A stretch of DNA of 63,434 nt, counting the filler, from Octopus bimaculoides (lineage: Eukaryota), in assembly GCF_001194135.2 (NCBI RefSeq). It is 5 parts of 5 records of this genome, joined end to end, with 100 filler letters (N's around TTAATTAATTAA, not from the genome) between each part and the next. Parts side by side here need not be neighbours in the genome. Positions count along the whole stretch, not along the records: positions 1 to 18,145 come from NC_068996.1; 4 more parts are not named here. One strand, given 5' to 3'. The first letter of the stretch is position 1; each line of letters starts with the position of its first letter. The notes below the pieces were generated by a model. The model saw nothing but the letters and a program-made list of their open reading frames with translations. It was not told where the DNA came from and made no database searches. The position numbers were made by a program, and so were the translations under genes. Shown here piece by piece: positions 1 to 12,930 of this stretch.

Positions 1-291
1 AAATCAAAATATCATGTTATGTAAAGTGATTTTTTTTAGTTTATATATATATATATATATACCTTTTTTTAATCTTTTATCTTTTACTTGTTTCAGTCAC
101 TGGACTGCAGCCATGTTGGGGCACTGTCTAGAAGAATTTTAGTCAAATGAATCAACCTCAGTACTTATTATTTTATAAGCCTGATACTTATTCTATTGGT
201 CTCTTTTACCAAACAGCTAAGTTACAGGGATGTAAACATGACAGCACTGGTTGTCAAACAATGGTGGGGACAAACACACACAAAGGCGCAG

Positions 292-329
<38 letters not shown>

Positions 330-596
330 GCTTCTTTCAGTTGCTGCCTATCAAATCCACTCACAAGGCTTTTATTGGCCTGAGGCTACAGTAAAAGACA
401 TTTGCTCAAGGTGCCATGAAGTGGGACTGAACCTGAAACCATGTGGTTGGGAAGCAAACTTCTTATCACACAGCTACACCTGAACCTGTATGTATGCATA
501 CAAAAAAAAATCAATATTCACGCTGTATGGCTTCTTTGCTTTCTATTAATGCTCCATATAAATTTTATGTGTGTGTGTGTGCATGCGTGCATATAT

Positions 597-627
<31 letters not shown>

Positions 628-703
628 CGTGCGCGCATGTGTATGTGCATCTGTTTATCTATGAAATGGTGAGAGGAGTATAACAAAGTAATAAATGACT
701 CAC

Positions 704-742
704 CAGATGCTGGTAAAAAGAATGAATGCTTTCTGCCAACAC
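704..742 (-). CDS. FHIP1: probable 39-nt FHIP1 exon (S-VGRKHSFFLPAS-G)
   Basis: Strong polypyrimidine acceptor (ttttcttttatttctttattgtag) and donor ctg|gtgagt. Phase 1/1 fits the 3007 donor. No homology motif recognised. Confidence 0.6.
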
Positions 743-2007
743 CTACAATAAAGAAATAAAAGAAAATAGATGGAATTGGTCCTGAGCAAAGCATTAAACT
801 GCATCTGGTTGTGAGGCTCCAGCTCAGGATTCAGAAGTTTTGGGGAATATGGAATTATCCTTTAGTCACCCCTACTCCCAAGTCTTCTCTGACCTGGGGT
901 GGTAATATCTGTAAAAGCTTCTAGTTATGTGTCAAATAGCAGATGTTGGTGCTATGGCTAAGACATATAGGACTCAGAGAAGGGTTGGCTCTTTAAACAT
1001 GTGTTACACAGGCCCATTGATGTATGGACATGCACTGATGTCATGTGAATTAATCTCCCTCCCTGGGCATTAAATAGATCCAGTGCCACAATAGTAAACT
1101 TGGTGGGGCAGGAGACTAGCAGAGTAAACTGTAAATAAACTGACAGAAGGTGATGGGAGACCACTGTATATCTTTCCCAAGAAAAATTATTCAGGTTCAG
1201 GATTTGTCATGGAGATCCATGAGTACTGACACCTGTAGGCATGGCATTTGAAAAGAGGAAAAGATGGAATCGATATTGTCAGTTTTGATGAACATATTTT
1301 GTAATATTTTGATCAACTGAACTATCTATTAATTGTATAATATTGTTAAGAGGCTGAGTATCCTTTAAAAGTTTGTTCCTGTAACATAACACTGAAGCAG
1401 ACAATGATACACTGCATAAATGATAGAATATATATAGGAGGAAGATAGATAGACAAATTCATAGAGAGGGAGAGAGTGTGTGTGTTTGGACAGGTTTGAG
1501 TGAGATTTAGTTTAAAGGGAGATAATTGTAAGTTAGTAATATTTTTAAGTTACATAGTTTGAGAGAGAAAGAGAGGAAGAAAGAGAGGGGGATAGAATTA
1601 ACAACTAGACTTATTCAATGACTTAATTATTTTTATCATCAGGAAAATAAAAACCTAGTTTTTCGCAGTGTGCTAAGAATTAATTAATCCAACTATATAT
1701 TTAACAGCTTGTCCTTCATTCAATGAAGAATAACTAAATTCCAAGTTAATTTTAGGTACAAGATGAGTAACTCAAAAGTAACTGATCTAATTGTCCACTT
1801 GTTAAGTCAACATCAGGTGTGTTGAGTCCAAACGGAACCCCTAATTTTGTATGAAGGATACAGTCAATGGCATCAGTCTCAAAATTTAATTCACACTTAT
1901 TTTATTGAACCAAGAAGAGTGAAGAAAAAAGTGGATTTTTGCAGGATTTGAACTCAAAATATAAGCAGTGCCTAACTAATTACTATCTATCTATCTATGC
2001 ATGTATG

Positions 2008-2048
<41 letters not shown>

Positions 2049-3006
2049 GGGGGGGGAATGAACAGGTGAGATCCAGAGATGCTCAGTATAGAAAACACAT
2101 AGTGGTGCTCAAATGATTTGAACTTACACTCCAAAATCTAAGTCCACAGGATAAAGAGAGGGTAAAAGAAATCCAGATGAACTGAGATGGATATAGTGAT
2201 GTAGATAAACATGCTTGGGCTTGATATATAAAATAAACATACATACGTATACACATATAAATATATAAAGGGATATATCCTTACATATATTTACATGTGT
2301 ATACATATGTATGTATATTTTATGTATCAATCCCAATCATGTTTATCTACATTACTATCTCTCTCTCTACATATATAGATATACATTATTGTCCTGACCG
2401 TCATTTAATGCTGACTTTTTCATGCTTGCATGGGTTGGAGTTTGAGACAGGTTTCTATGGTTGGATGCTCTTCATATTACCAACCTTTACCTGTTTCCAA
2501 GCAAAGTAATATTGCCCCATCGCCAGATATTTTTATGCAGAATATTGGAAATGAATGACACTGCTCGTATGACAGTGACACACATTTACAACTATCATGC
2601 GATGTCAAGACAGGGAGATACACAAACACACAGACACACAATGGGCTTTTTTCAGTTTCTGTCAACTAAAACCACTCACAAGGTTATGGTTGACCTGGGG
2701 CTACAATAGAAGACACTTGCCCAAGGTGCCATGCAGTGAGACTGAATCCAGAACCATGCAGTTGGGAAGCAAACTTCTTACCATACAGCCTCGCACACAC
2801 ACACTAAACTCGATAGTGTATACATCATGGTAGTGATGTATAATGAGAAATTTTGATACTTAACAATATATAATATTAATATCAAAAACAAAAGCAAAAA
2901 GATACAAAAGCAAACAAAGGTAAGTATAATACTACATGCATGTTTTAATGGTTATTAATTTTTAAAAACAACAATTAGGAAAGCAAATAAAATTAATATG
3001 TCATAC

Positions 3007-3220
3007 TTTTGTGTGAGTTTGAAGCATACTCAACAGATTTGCTTTTTAGCTGTAGACCTGGGGATGGAGATTTCCTGTTCACCAAAGACTTCCTTTCAAG
3101 CTCGTTTTGGTACGTACAAATTCTCAAGTTCAATGTTTGTCGTGCCTTCACGACTAACTGTGAGAAATCAGGGATGGCATGTGAATAGTGGTCGACTTTG
3201 TGACGAACCGATGACAGCAC
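3007..3220 (-). CDS. FHIP1: FHIP1/FAM160A exon
   Basis: VLSSVRHKVDHYSHAIPDFSQLVVKARQTLNLR continues the family motif QVLxSVKxKIExxxxxxxDFxxLLxKA. Acceptor attccacag and donor a|gtatga; phases 0/1. Confidence 0.88.
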
Positions 3221-4027
3221 CTGTGGAATATATGATATATAACATAGAAAAAGTCAGTAAGGAAGCCTCCACAAGCTAGAAATAGCAGTCAATTCCCTGT
3301 AAGGACGGGCATAATAGATAATGTTCTGTATGTATAAACCATGTGGTCACTCAATCTGCAAGAAACAGCATCCAATTGTCCTCTTCTAGCTTAAAAATGA
3401 AGGACACATAGGATAAAGCAATCTAGAGACTATATATTTACAAACATATTACACATACATACAACTACCATATACTCTCCTCAATTCTCTCTCTCTTTCT
3501 TTTGTCTCAGTCATTGGACTGCAGCTAAGCTGGGGCATCACCTTAAAGGATTTAGTCAAAAAAATAAACCTCATTACTTACTTTTTAAGCCCAGTACTCA
3601 TTCCATCAGTTCTTTTGCTGAACTGTAAAGTTATGGAGATGTAAATAAACCAACACTGGTTGTTAAGCAGTGGTGTGGGACAAATACGTACACAGACACA
3701 CATACACATATATGATGGGCTTTTTTCAGTTTCTGTCTACCAAATCCACTCACAAAGCTTTGGTCACACCAGGGCTATAATAGAAGACACTTGCCCAAGG
3801 TGCTATGCAATGGGACTGAACCTATAACCATGTGGTTGGGAAGCAAACTTCCTACCAGACAGGCATGCATATATGTGTATATGTGCATGTGTGTGTGTGT
3901 GTGTGTATGAAGCTTACTTCCCAACCAAATGGTTCTGGGTTCAGTCCCACTGTGTGAAACCTTGGGCAAGTGTCTTCTACTATAGTCTCAGGTTGACTGA
4001 AGCCTTGTGAGTGGATTTGGTAGATGG

Positions 4028-4079
<52 letters not shown>

Positions 4080-4574
4080 TATATATATACATCTTCACCC
4101 CTACTCTTTCTTACTCTCTCTTCTCTCTTTCTCCCTCCTCCCATACCCACTTTCCCCCTCTTATATCCACCTTCCCCTTCCCCCTTCATCGTCAACCCTC
4201 CCTCATAAGCTCATCCTACCCCACCCCAACACACTCCTACTCTACCTTCCCACTCCACCCCATCCAATTCCTTACACCCACCCCTACCTCTACCCCCACC
4301 CTCAGCCTAATCCACACTCCACCCATGCCTTCCCCACCTCCCAACACCCTCACATCACACCACATACACACTACAACTGACCGACTCCTTTCTCCCCTCC
4401 CCATTTTTTCACACATGCATACATCAAGATCACCAGCATTCTCTCTTTCACACACACACACACACACACAACTCCTCGTTCTTGGGTCACTGTTCTTTCT
4501 TCTCCCTTTTGTTATCTCCCCTTTTTCTTAGCTCTCCTACGTGAATTTTCTGAACTTCCTGTCCTCAGAAGCCA

Positions 4575-4760
4575 TGATAGATCGTTGACCAAACACCATT
4601 CAATTTTGTTTCTCCTTGTTTTCTCCGTATTCTTTCTGTTGAAGAGCGTAGCTCGAAATGTTAAAGACTTTCTGTATTCCCGAGCGTCAAACTAATACAT
4701 CCTTTTGTTATTTACACCACCTGTCCTCGTCTGTTGTTTTTTTTCGTACATTCTCCCATA
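4575..4760 (+). repeat. Penelope-pLTR-like dispersed repeat with hammerhead-like motif (copy 1)
   Basis: About 190 bp, near-identical to 41840-42030 and to the reverse complement of 15224-15413. Confidence 0.7.
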
Positions 4761-6239
4761 TATAAATGTATACATTTGCGTGTGTCTGTGTTTGTCCCAC
4801 CACCATTTATATCCCCATAACATAGCAGTTTGGCAAAAGAAACCGATAGAATAAGTACTAGGTTCTAATTTATCACTCTTTACAGTTCTTGTCTTTTAAA
4901 TTTATTGTATAAAACTGTTGAGCTAATTTGTAAGTTTTTTTTTCCTGTATTTAAGGTAGTAAATTAGCCAAATTCTACTTAAATAAGTATAGTGTTATTT
5001 GTAAACTATAATAAAATATTTTTTAATATTCAAATTCTAATTTTAGCTGCAATATTTTAAGTAAAAAGTTTCTTATTCTTTACTTGACTTGAAGTAATAG
5101 TTTGTCCTATACTTTTACAGGTGTAATAACTTGTCCAGTACTTTTCCAGGTTTATAATCTTAAGAATATGACTTTTCATGCTCACATTTTTCCATGCAAT
5201 CTATGATTTTTCCAGGCATTGCTGTTATAAGATAATTAATAATGTGTCAATTAATAATTTAGGATTTTACCTTATAAAATACTGGGTAGAGGGATACATT
5301 GGCTGCTATTTTTAGTGTGTCAAGCGACCAGATAGAGGCTCTTTCATTGGTTTGATTGCATTGTGAGATTTTTTTACACATATATGTATAATATGTATAT
5401 ATATCATTGGCAGAAGTTAGAGAGTAAGTAAAAAGATGAGAGTTTCATGTATTGGCACTTATCAAACATGAATTTGTCCATTGTCACTCTGTAACTTGTG
5501 ATGAAATAACTTCTAAAATACAAAATTTTGTCCCAAATGTTAAGAGTAAATCCTGATGTATGTGACACATTGTACCAGTATCGGAAGTTTCAAAGTGTTT
5601 AGTTTAAAAAAATTAATTAAATAATCTTTATGTCAAATTGAATAGATCTGAAATGGATAAAAAGTAAAGTCGACCTTGGCAGAATTTGAACTGAAAATGT
5701 AAACACAGGCGAAATACCGCTAAGCATTTTACCCAGCGTGCTAAAGTCTCTGCCAGCTTGCCACCTTAGGACGTAAACATTCATTTTAGCAATATATTCT
5801 TTATTCTTATTGCTAAGCGTTACTCCCTTACTCTCTTACTTAATTACATGAAATTTCGTGGCATTTCACCCCATAACTTTTCTTCTACTAATTTTTGTTT
5901 CCTCATGCATTTTTCTATCATTTAAGCCTAAGAAAAGTATACTTTTATTTTAAAATTAAAAAGTTTATGTTAATCGAAGGTAAATTGGTGCCTTACTGCC
6001 CCCCTTGAGGTTGCAGATATTTTGATGTAACTTTTGTTTCTACTGAACCAAATCTCAAACTATTTATGCCAAAGTGTTGCTGAGGAGGTGTCCTCTTTAA
6101 AACTGTTAACAGTTTGCAATTTAGTTGAGAACTGAATTTGTGGTGAAGCTTGGAAGCTGCTGCGATTGACGAAGTGGTGGACTTAAGAATATATTCAACC
6201 ACTACCATGGTTGAATGGTAATTCTATCTGTATCAACCT

Positions 6240-8099
6240 AGAAAATATTTTGTCATGGAACTGTCTCAAAGAACCCTTTACACAATGGCACTCTCCAAAA
6301 CAATACATAAAAGTGGTTTCAACTTGATACTCTTTAGCAGTCTTTCTTTCTTGCAATGAAAGAATACATTCTTTTTTCCTACCACTTATCTAAGAGTCAA
6401 CATTTTCTCTGGTGACATCCACCTCAGTTAATTTTGTTTTCCTTCCAGCTCTGTGCTTTCGGAAAGAAACACCTCAACATAACTGAGATGCTGTATTGAC
6501 ACAAAACTTCACATGGTTAGTAGTCCTTTGTGATAGAGGTACTGTGTGGTTCATACATAATATATGAATTTACAATGCTTCAATTGACTAAAAACCACAA
6601 AATGTATCTCCACCATTTCTTTCCAGGTTGTCTAACTGGTTAGTAGGCCTGACACTGGTTGGATTTATCAACACCATCCATATGCGCATTGTATGAATTA
6701 TTTACTGCGGGTTTCCCCTCAATCCCAACTCCTGGCTGTTCACTAGTAGACAAAAATAAAATGTGTCTTCTGTTCTTCTATAAGGTGCCTAGTAAATTTT
6801 CTTTTTGCATCTTGAGAATGTCCCCTTTTTTTAAAATTTGGTGGTTTTAATCTTATAGTACAGCCCTTTGTGATTGCTCATCAAGTATTGCATGCATAAG
6901 TATTTACAAAAGTAAGATCTTATGGCAAAGTCACCAAAGAAGAGACAGTGAGAATATGGTGAAGGTGAAATGGTTCAGTTTTGTCTATTTCCATTATATT
7001 TTTTCCCATTGTAGATATCAAAATTAGCACAATACTCTGTGTCTGATCACAAACCTTCCATATTTGGTTCCCCATTTAGTGGGTTTAGCAGGCATGTATT
7101 GCCAAAAATGTACCCTACCCTTACATCCTTACATACACTGAGATTTTTTCCTGGCAGATATGTAGTTTTATACTTTTCAGAAAGTAAATTAATAATTGGA
7201 CACACTTTAAATAATGGATCTTAATTGCGTTCATTCTTGCTGGGGGTATTAACAAAATCATTAAGCATAAGTAATGAGATATTTTCGAGTACCTGGTTTT
7301 AGACATTATGCTAGATATATACAGGTCACTATACCTTACATCAGGACTCCAGTAGTTCCACAATCAAGGGAACTACTTGACACCAAACATAATGTTCACA
7401 GTGGAAAAGCTCTGATTCCTGCAGCATAAGTTGTCTGCCAAAGTGGATAGGATCTTCCATGAGTAGATATGATTCATTGGGGGTATCTGTTTGTTTCTTC
7501 TGTCACAGTTTTGAAAAAACTTTTAAGTGAAAACAAAAACAGTTAATCCAAGGGTTGGGCGTTGGGAGATAAATTGTGTTGTGGACTAGTCTTTACTGTG
7601 AAATCTGGAATTGTAATTGATGCTATAATTTTCAACCATGTTGCCATAATGCTTTGAATGGTGTCCTGAATATGTTCTTTACTTTCACTATCAAAATCTT
7701 CTTCCTCATCCAAAGAAACATAAACAACTGTATCAAATTCAGCTGAAGACAAATCACTGTTGTTTTCTTTCACATTTTGTATATCAAGTGTAAAACCATC
7801 AAAGTTGGAATGGCTACTTGTTGGCACCATATCGGTAAAAACTACAAACACTTCTCTTCAAATGTTAAAAAAAAAAAAAAAAAAATGTGATCTCAAAATT
7901 TTCACAGTATTTATACTCATAATTAGGTGGGTAAGAATTTATCTTGCATTATCTCAAACTTACAAGAATTCAATAACATCATTTATTTTTTCAGTGATTT
8001 TGTAGAGAAGTCAATTACAGCTGGTTATGACCAGTATGAACAGACAAAAGGAGGATCATTTTGGTCAGATACAGCTGACCAAATATGCTAAAGGATTAA
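6240..8099 (-). mobile_element. decayed piggyBac transposon in FHIP intron
   Basis: Collinear frameshifted motifs: SNFDGF, PLD*LFLF..FFKTVTEETNRY, YWS..MSKTRYSKISHYL, YLPGKNLSV, GRVHFWQYMPAKPTKWG, LLGTL*KNRRHILFLST, KPAVNNSYNAHMDGVD, and a Cys-rich tail GRKKEC..VETTFM..VPLCK. TIR-like atgctaaagga plus TTAA at 8085-8099. Left end not found. Confidence 0.9.
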
Positions 8100-9049
8100 A
8101 TTTAAATTTTCAGGGGTTGCTGGAGCTCCATTGAATGATAATTATGTTGTAGAGTAAGTTGTGATGAAAGATTTTTATTGATAGCAACTTCATATAACAA
8201 AGCTCTCAGCAACAACAGTTACACAGAAAAAACACAATATATAAACAACACTACATACAAAATAAAAAAAAACATAAGACTAGAAAAAGGAGAATTATCT
8301 GGTTCAATCTCCCCTTCAAATACAAATCTCCAAACCATTAGCCAAATTATTTCTCAAAATACTCCAAAAACACTTCTACGCCAATCACAAATACCATAAA
8401 CTAATAAACAAATACATCATAAAAATATATTCCATAAATAATAATTTAGAAAAAACTGTAGCAAATTATAACCATATAAAACTTTCTAAAAAGGCCACAC
8501 ACACATAACAGCAACAATTGCAACTCCAGACCCTCTCCATCCTACCCTCTAAAAGGAAACTGTCTCACAAGTAATATTGTTTATAGCACAACTGTAACCA
8601 ACACCACTACACCAACTATGATATCCATATATATAGAGTCTATAGCAAACGAATTCAAGACAATACAACTAACACACCCATAGTTTTTGTAGCTCAAGCA
8701 GGAAAAAATGATACTTCACTATTCAAATATATGTGGATATTAAAATAAAAAATATTCTGCTTCAGCATTAATTGGAAAATATTGTCAAACATACATAGGG
8801 AACCTGCCAATTTTGTACTAAAGAATCCTACAACATTTGAAGAATCAAATCTGGATTTGAGGCTCTGAATTAATCTCTTTCTGCAAACAAAGATCTTCAA
8901 AGCATTAAAAAATTTCAAACCAACAGTTTTTTTTTTAATAATTAAACATAAAAATAGCTCACCTACTTCACTCTATTTCTCTTCACCACAAACTTCCCAA
9001 TAATATACATAAACACTAACATTACAGCTTTACACTATATATATAAATA

Positions 9050-9337
9050 CAGTGTACATTTAAACACATAAGAGGCATCCATCATAGAATTCCTTGCATG
9101 CTAGAAAGAACAGTTAAATTCCAAACCACTATTTAGGGATAAAACTTCGAAGGGAATGAAAAATAAAAACATTTACCAAATGAAAAAGGGAATGCAAAAT
9201 AAAAGCATATAACAAATGTTTTTATTTTTCATTCCTTCAAAGTTTTATCTCTAAATAGTGGTTTGGAATTTAATTGTTCTTTCTAGTGTGCAAGGAATCC
9301 TATGATGGATGCTTCTTATGTGTTTAAATGTACACTG
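9050..9337. mobile_element. foldback MITE, Tc1/mariner-like (TA-CAGTG...CACTG-TA)
   Basis: Arms of about 125 bp (9050-9175 and 9213-9337) are near-perfect inverted repeats flanked by TA. Confidence 0.85.
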
Positions 9338-9446
9338 TATTTATATGAATAATATATAGTCTATTGACTAAATTTTACACACTAGGCCACTGGTAGTAGA
9401 AATTTCTAATATTTCTCATTACCCTTGATATTATTAATTAATTATA

Positions 9447-9516
<70 letters not shown>

Positions 9517-9696
9517 TATGTGTATGTATGAGTGTGTGTGTGTTTGTTATACATGCTAACAAGTTTGCTTTGATGAGACTATTCATCTGCAAATATGTTT
9601 TTTATCAATTAGAACCCAATGTTTCATTACATCTATTACCTCCTCTGTCCTAAGTATGCTAAATGAAGAATAACATGATAATAGAAGAGAACTCAC

Positions 9697-9875
9697 CTGA
9701 ATGAGCGATTTGATGGAAGGCTGGAAGACCAAATTGTGGTTCAGGAGAAATGATCGAAGTAAAGGTTGTGGGTAAGTAGCAAGACGTGAGATGAGTCCAG
9801 TCAACAGAAAGTTGACATGGAGTGAATTCTGAACCATGCTCTCTAATTTTGACAATAAGGCTGATAAGAAAGGGC
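9697..9875 (-). CDS. FHIP1: FHIP1/FAM160A C-terminal domain exon
   Basis: Reads GPFLSALLSKLESMVQNSLHVNFLLTGLISRLATYPQPLLRSFLLNHNLVFQPSIKSLIQ, the conserved FHIP C-terminal domain. Acceptor ttttttcag and donor cag|gtgagt; phases 1/0. Confidence 0.95.
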
Positions 9876-9922
9876 CTGAAAAAATATATATAATTTAAAC
9901 AAATATAATTCACTCATATTAT

Positions 9923-9966
<44 letters not shown>

Positions 9967-10088
9967 ATTATACATACACACACACATATGTATGTATTAC
10001 AAATATTGTAAAATTAAGTCAAGTTTCAATCATTGGCTTATTTACCCATATTCATTTGTCTGTCTCTAACATGCATATTATATAAATA

Positions 10089-10174
<86 letters not shown>

Positions 10175-10964
10175 NNNNNNNNNNNNNNNNNNNNNNNNNN
10201 NNNNNNNNNNNNNNNNNNNNNNNNNNNNNNNNNNNNNNNNNNNNNNNNNNNNNNNNNNNNNNNNNNNNNNNNNNNNNNNNNNNNNNNNNNNNNNNNNNNN
10301 NNNNNNNNNNNNNNNNNNNNNNNNNNNNNNNNNNNNNNNNNNNNNNNNNNNNNNNNNNNNNNNNNNNNNNNNNNNNNNNNNNNNNNNNNNNNNNNNNNNN
10401 NNNNNNNNNNNNNNNNNNNNNNNNNNNNNNNNNNNNNNNNNNNNNNNNNNNNNNNNNNNNNNNNNNNNNNNNNNNNNNNNNNNNNNNNNNNNNNNNNNNN
10501 NNNNNNNNNNNNNNNNNNNNNNNNNNNNNNNNNNNNNNNNNNNNNNNNNNNNNNNNNNNNNNNNNNNNNNNNNNTATATATATATATATATATATATGCA
10601 CACACACACAGTGGGGGTGGAGAGGATTGATTCTGTTTCTCTCTCTCATTATCAGTTTTCTCTTGAAGAAATACCTGTGTTCAGACCTGGAGATGGGGGA
10701 TCTGCTAGAATTAAATCGTCCATGACATGCTATATGTGTGACACCTATATGATTCTGTCAGGTGTTGAGGCTGCAAGGAATAAAGGGAATACACACACAC
10801 ACACACAAACATATCTCCTTCTCTCTCTTTGTTTCACACAAGCTATCTCCCCGCTTTCATAAATGCGCAAACATCCACAAATATACATTTGTACATACAG
10901 ATGCACACACACACACACACATATATATGTATGTATATATCTATATCTCTCTATCTAATCATTA

Positions 10965-11673
10965 TCATCATCATCATTTAGCATCTGCTTTCCATGCTAG
11001 CATAAGTTGGATGGTTTGACTGAAAACTGGTAAGCTGGGGAGCTGCATTAGGTTCCGTCTGATTTGGCAAGGTTTGACAGCTGGATGCTCTTCCTAATGC
11101 CAACCACTCCAAAAGTGTAGTGGGTGCTTTTACATGCCACCAGCATAGTTGCCAGTTATGCAGCACCAGCATCAGCCACAACTACTATCTCACTTGGCTT
11201 CACAGGTCTTCTCAAGCACAGTATATTGCCAAAAGTCTTGGTCACTTGTCACTGCCTCCATGAGGCCCAATGTTCAAACAGTGCTTTTTATGCGTCACTG
11301 GCATGGGTACCAGTTATACGACACAATTTCACTTGCCTTGATGGGTCCTCTCAAGCATGGCATATCGCCCAATGTTTGAGGTTGCTTTTTATGCGCCAGT
11401 TACATGACACTGGCATCACCCAAAGGTATCGGTCACTTGTCATTACCTCCATGAAGCTCAACGTTCGAAGATCATGCTTCACCACCTTGTCCCATGTCTT
11501 CCTGGGTCTACCTCTTCCACAGGTTTCTTCCACCATTAGAGTTTGGCACTTCTTCACACAGCTGTCCTTGTCCATATGCATCACATGACCATACCGGCAT
11601 AGTCATCTTTTTTACACACATCTGATGCCTCTTATGCCCAATTTTTCTCTCAAGATGCTTACACTCTGCTGTG

Positions 11674-11675
<2 letters not shown>
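10965..11675 (-). mobile_element. 5'-truncated RTE-like LINE
   Basis: ORF2 C-terminal remnant CGRGRPRKTWDKVVKHDL..MTSDRYLW, followed by a 3' UTR and (TGA)n tail shared with other copies in the window. Confidence 0.85.
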
Positions 11676-11757
<82 letters not shown>

Positions 11758-12930
11758 TATGCACACACATCATGCAACTGATTGCATTTAAAAAAGATGC
11801 TTCTCCATTTACCTTTGGTGAATGTAGCCTTGACCAGGAGGAATTGATGTCATCAAACAATGTCTAAAGATCATTGGATGTTTTGACCATAAATCATAAT
11901 ACCTTCTTGTTGATTAGTCAGTTTTAGTGGCTGGTTTCCAGCTTAGCTCCTCTCCCTTACTCTATAACCAACAATAGGTCCTTTCTGCTACCTCACCCAA
12001 CTTGCACACAGCTCTTATTCCAATGTTTGTAAGCATTCTTCATACTAACTGGCAGGGAATCCTCAATTGCCAGTCTCAATTGGGAACAGCCTACCTACCA
12101 TCTTTTCTCCTTGCAATTCAGCAAAAGGTTTAGGTACTCAGCACTATTAGAATCAAAGGCTTTATTACACACCCTTCTGTAAGATTGATCAGTATTATCT
12201 TTTCTGCTTTTTCAGACTACACAATTACTCAGGCCTCAGGTTTGTGTGAATAACCTGAGGAAACTACAGCCTTTCCTCTTGGTCTACTTTCATATCACAT
12301 GATAGGGTTTCTTGTAGTTAACTGCTTGATCTTCTTGCTCTGTAAGAGTGAAGAGCAAAGCTGGAAGTTAGGAGGAGAAGATGAGCAACTACAGCCAACC
12401 TCCTAATAGGATGGTTTACAGATCAAAAATGAAACACTAATAATTGTTGGATACTAGCTGATAACATCAATTCTTCCTGGTCAAAGCTATATCCACCAAA
12501 GGTGAAGCATCTTTTAGATGTGATCAGTCTTACCAGTAAAGACTGGAGCATGATGTTCTCACCAGGGCATGTCAAGCTCTCCAAACATGCCATCATGGAA
12601 AATGAATATTAAATGAAAATGATGATGATGATGATATATATATATACATATCATTATATAGCATCATCATTATTGGAGCAGCAGATTGGCAGAATTGTAC
12701 ATCAAAAAATGTCTTGGATTTTTTTTAGTTACCTCTACACAATTTGAGTAGAAATTGCACTGTGTCAACTTTGCATTTAATTTTTTTGAGTTGATAAGAT
12801 AAAATGCCAATGAAATTGCTGCCTATGTTTGAAACAAGTGATGAATTGTAAGATCTTGCCAAGATCAACAATTAGCTCCACCCAGAATTTGTTCCCATGT
12901 TAGAACTTAATGTTATGATGAATAACTTAC

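Noticed and set aside
147-683. short ORFs rich in HT/YI/CV/RE dipeptides here and throughout the track, and long X-filled ORFs
   Set aside because: These are translations of (CA)n, (TA)n and (GA)n microsatellites, SINE bodies and N gaps.
7543-7851. 102-aa acidic ORF as a FHIP terminal exon
   Set aside because: It continues past the stop into PLD-xFxLF..ETNRY and further piggyBac motifs, so it is the transposase N-terminus. The true next FHIP exon is at 3007-3220.
8200-8400. KKNIRLEKGELS similar to the Tx1 LINE C-terminus
   Set aside because: Too short and degraded to call.
8694-8918. 74-aa ORF (RLIQSLKSRFDSS) as an exon or hAT remnant
   Set aside because: No FHIP similarity, no phase-compatible strong splice sites, and only a vague hAT resemblance.
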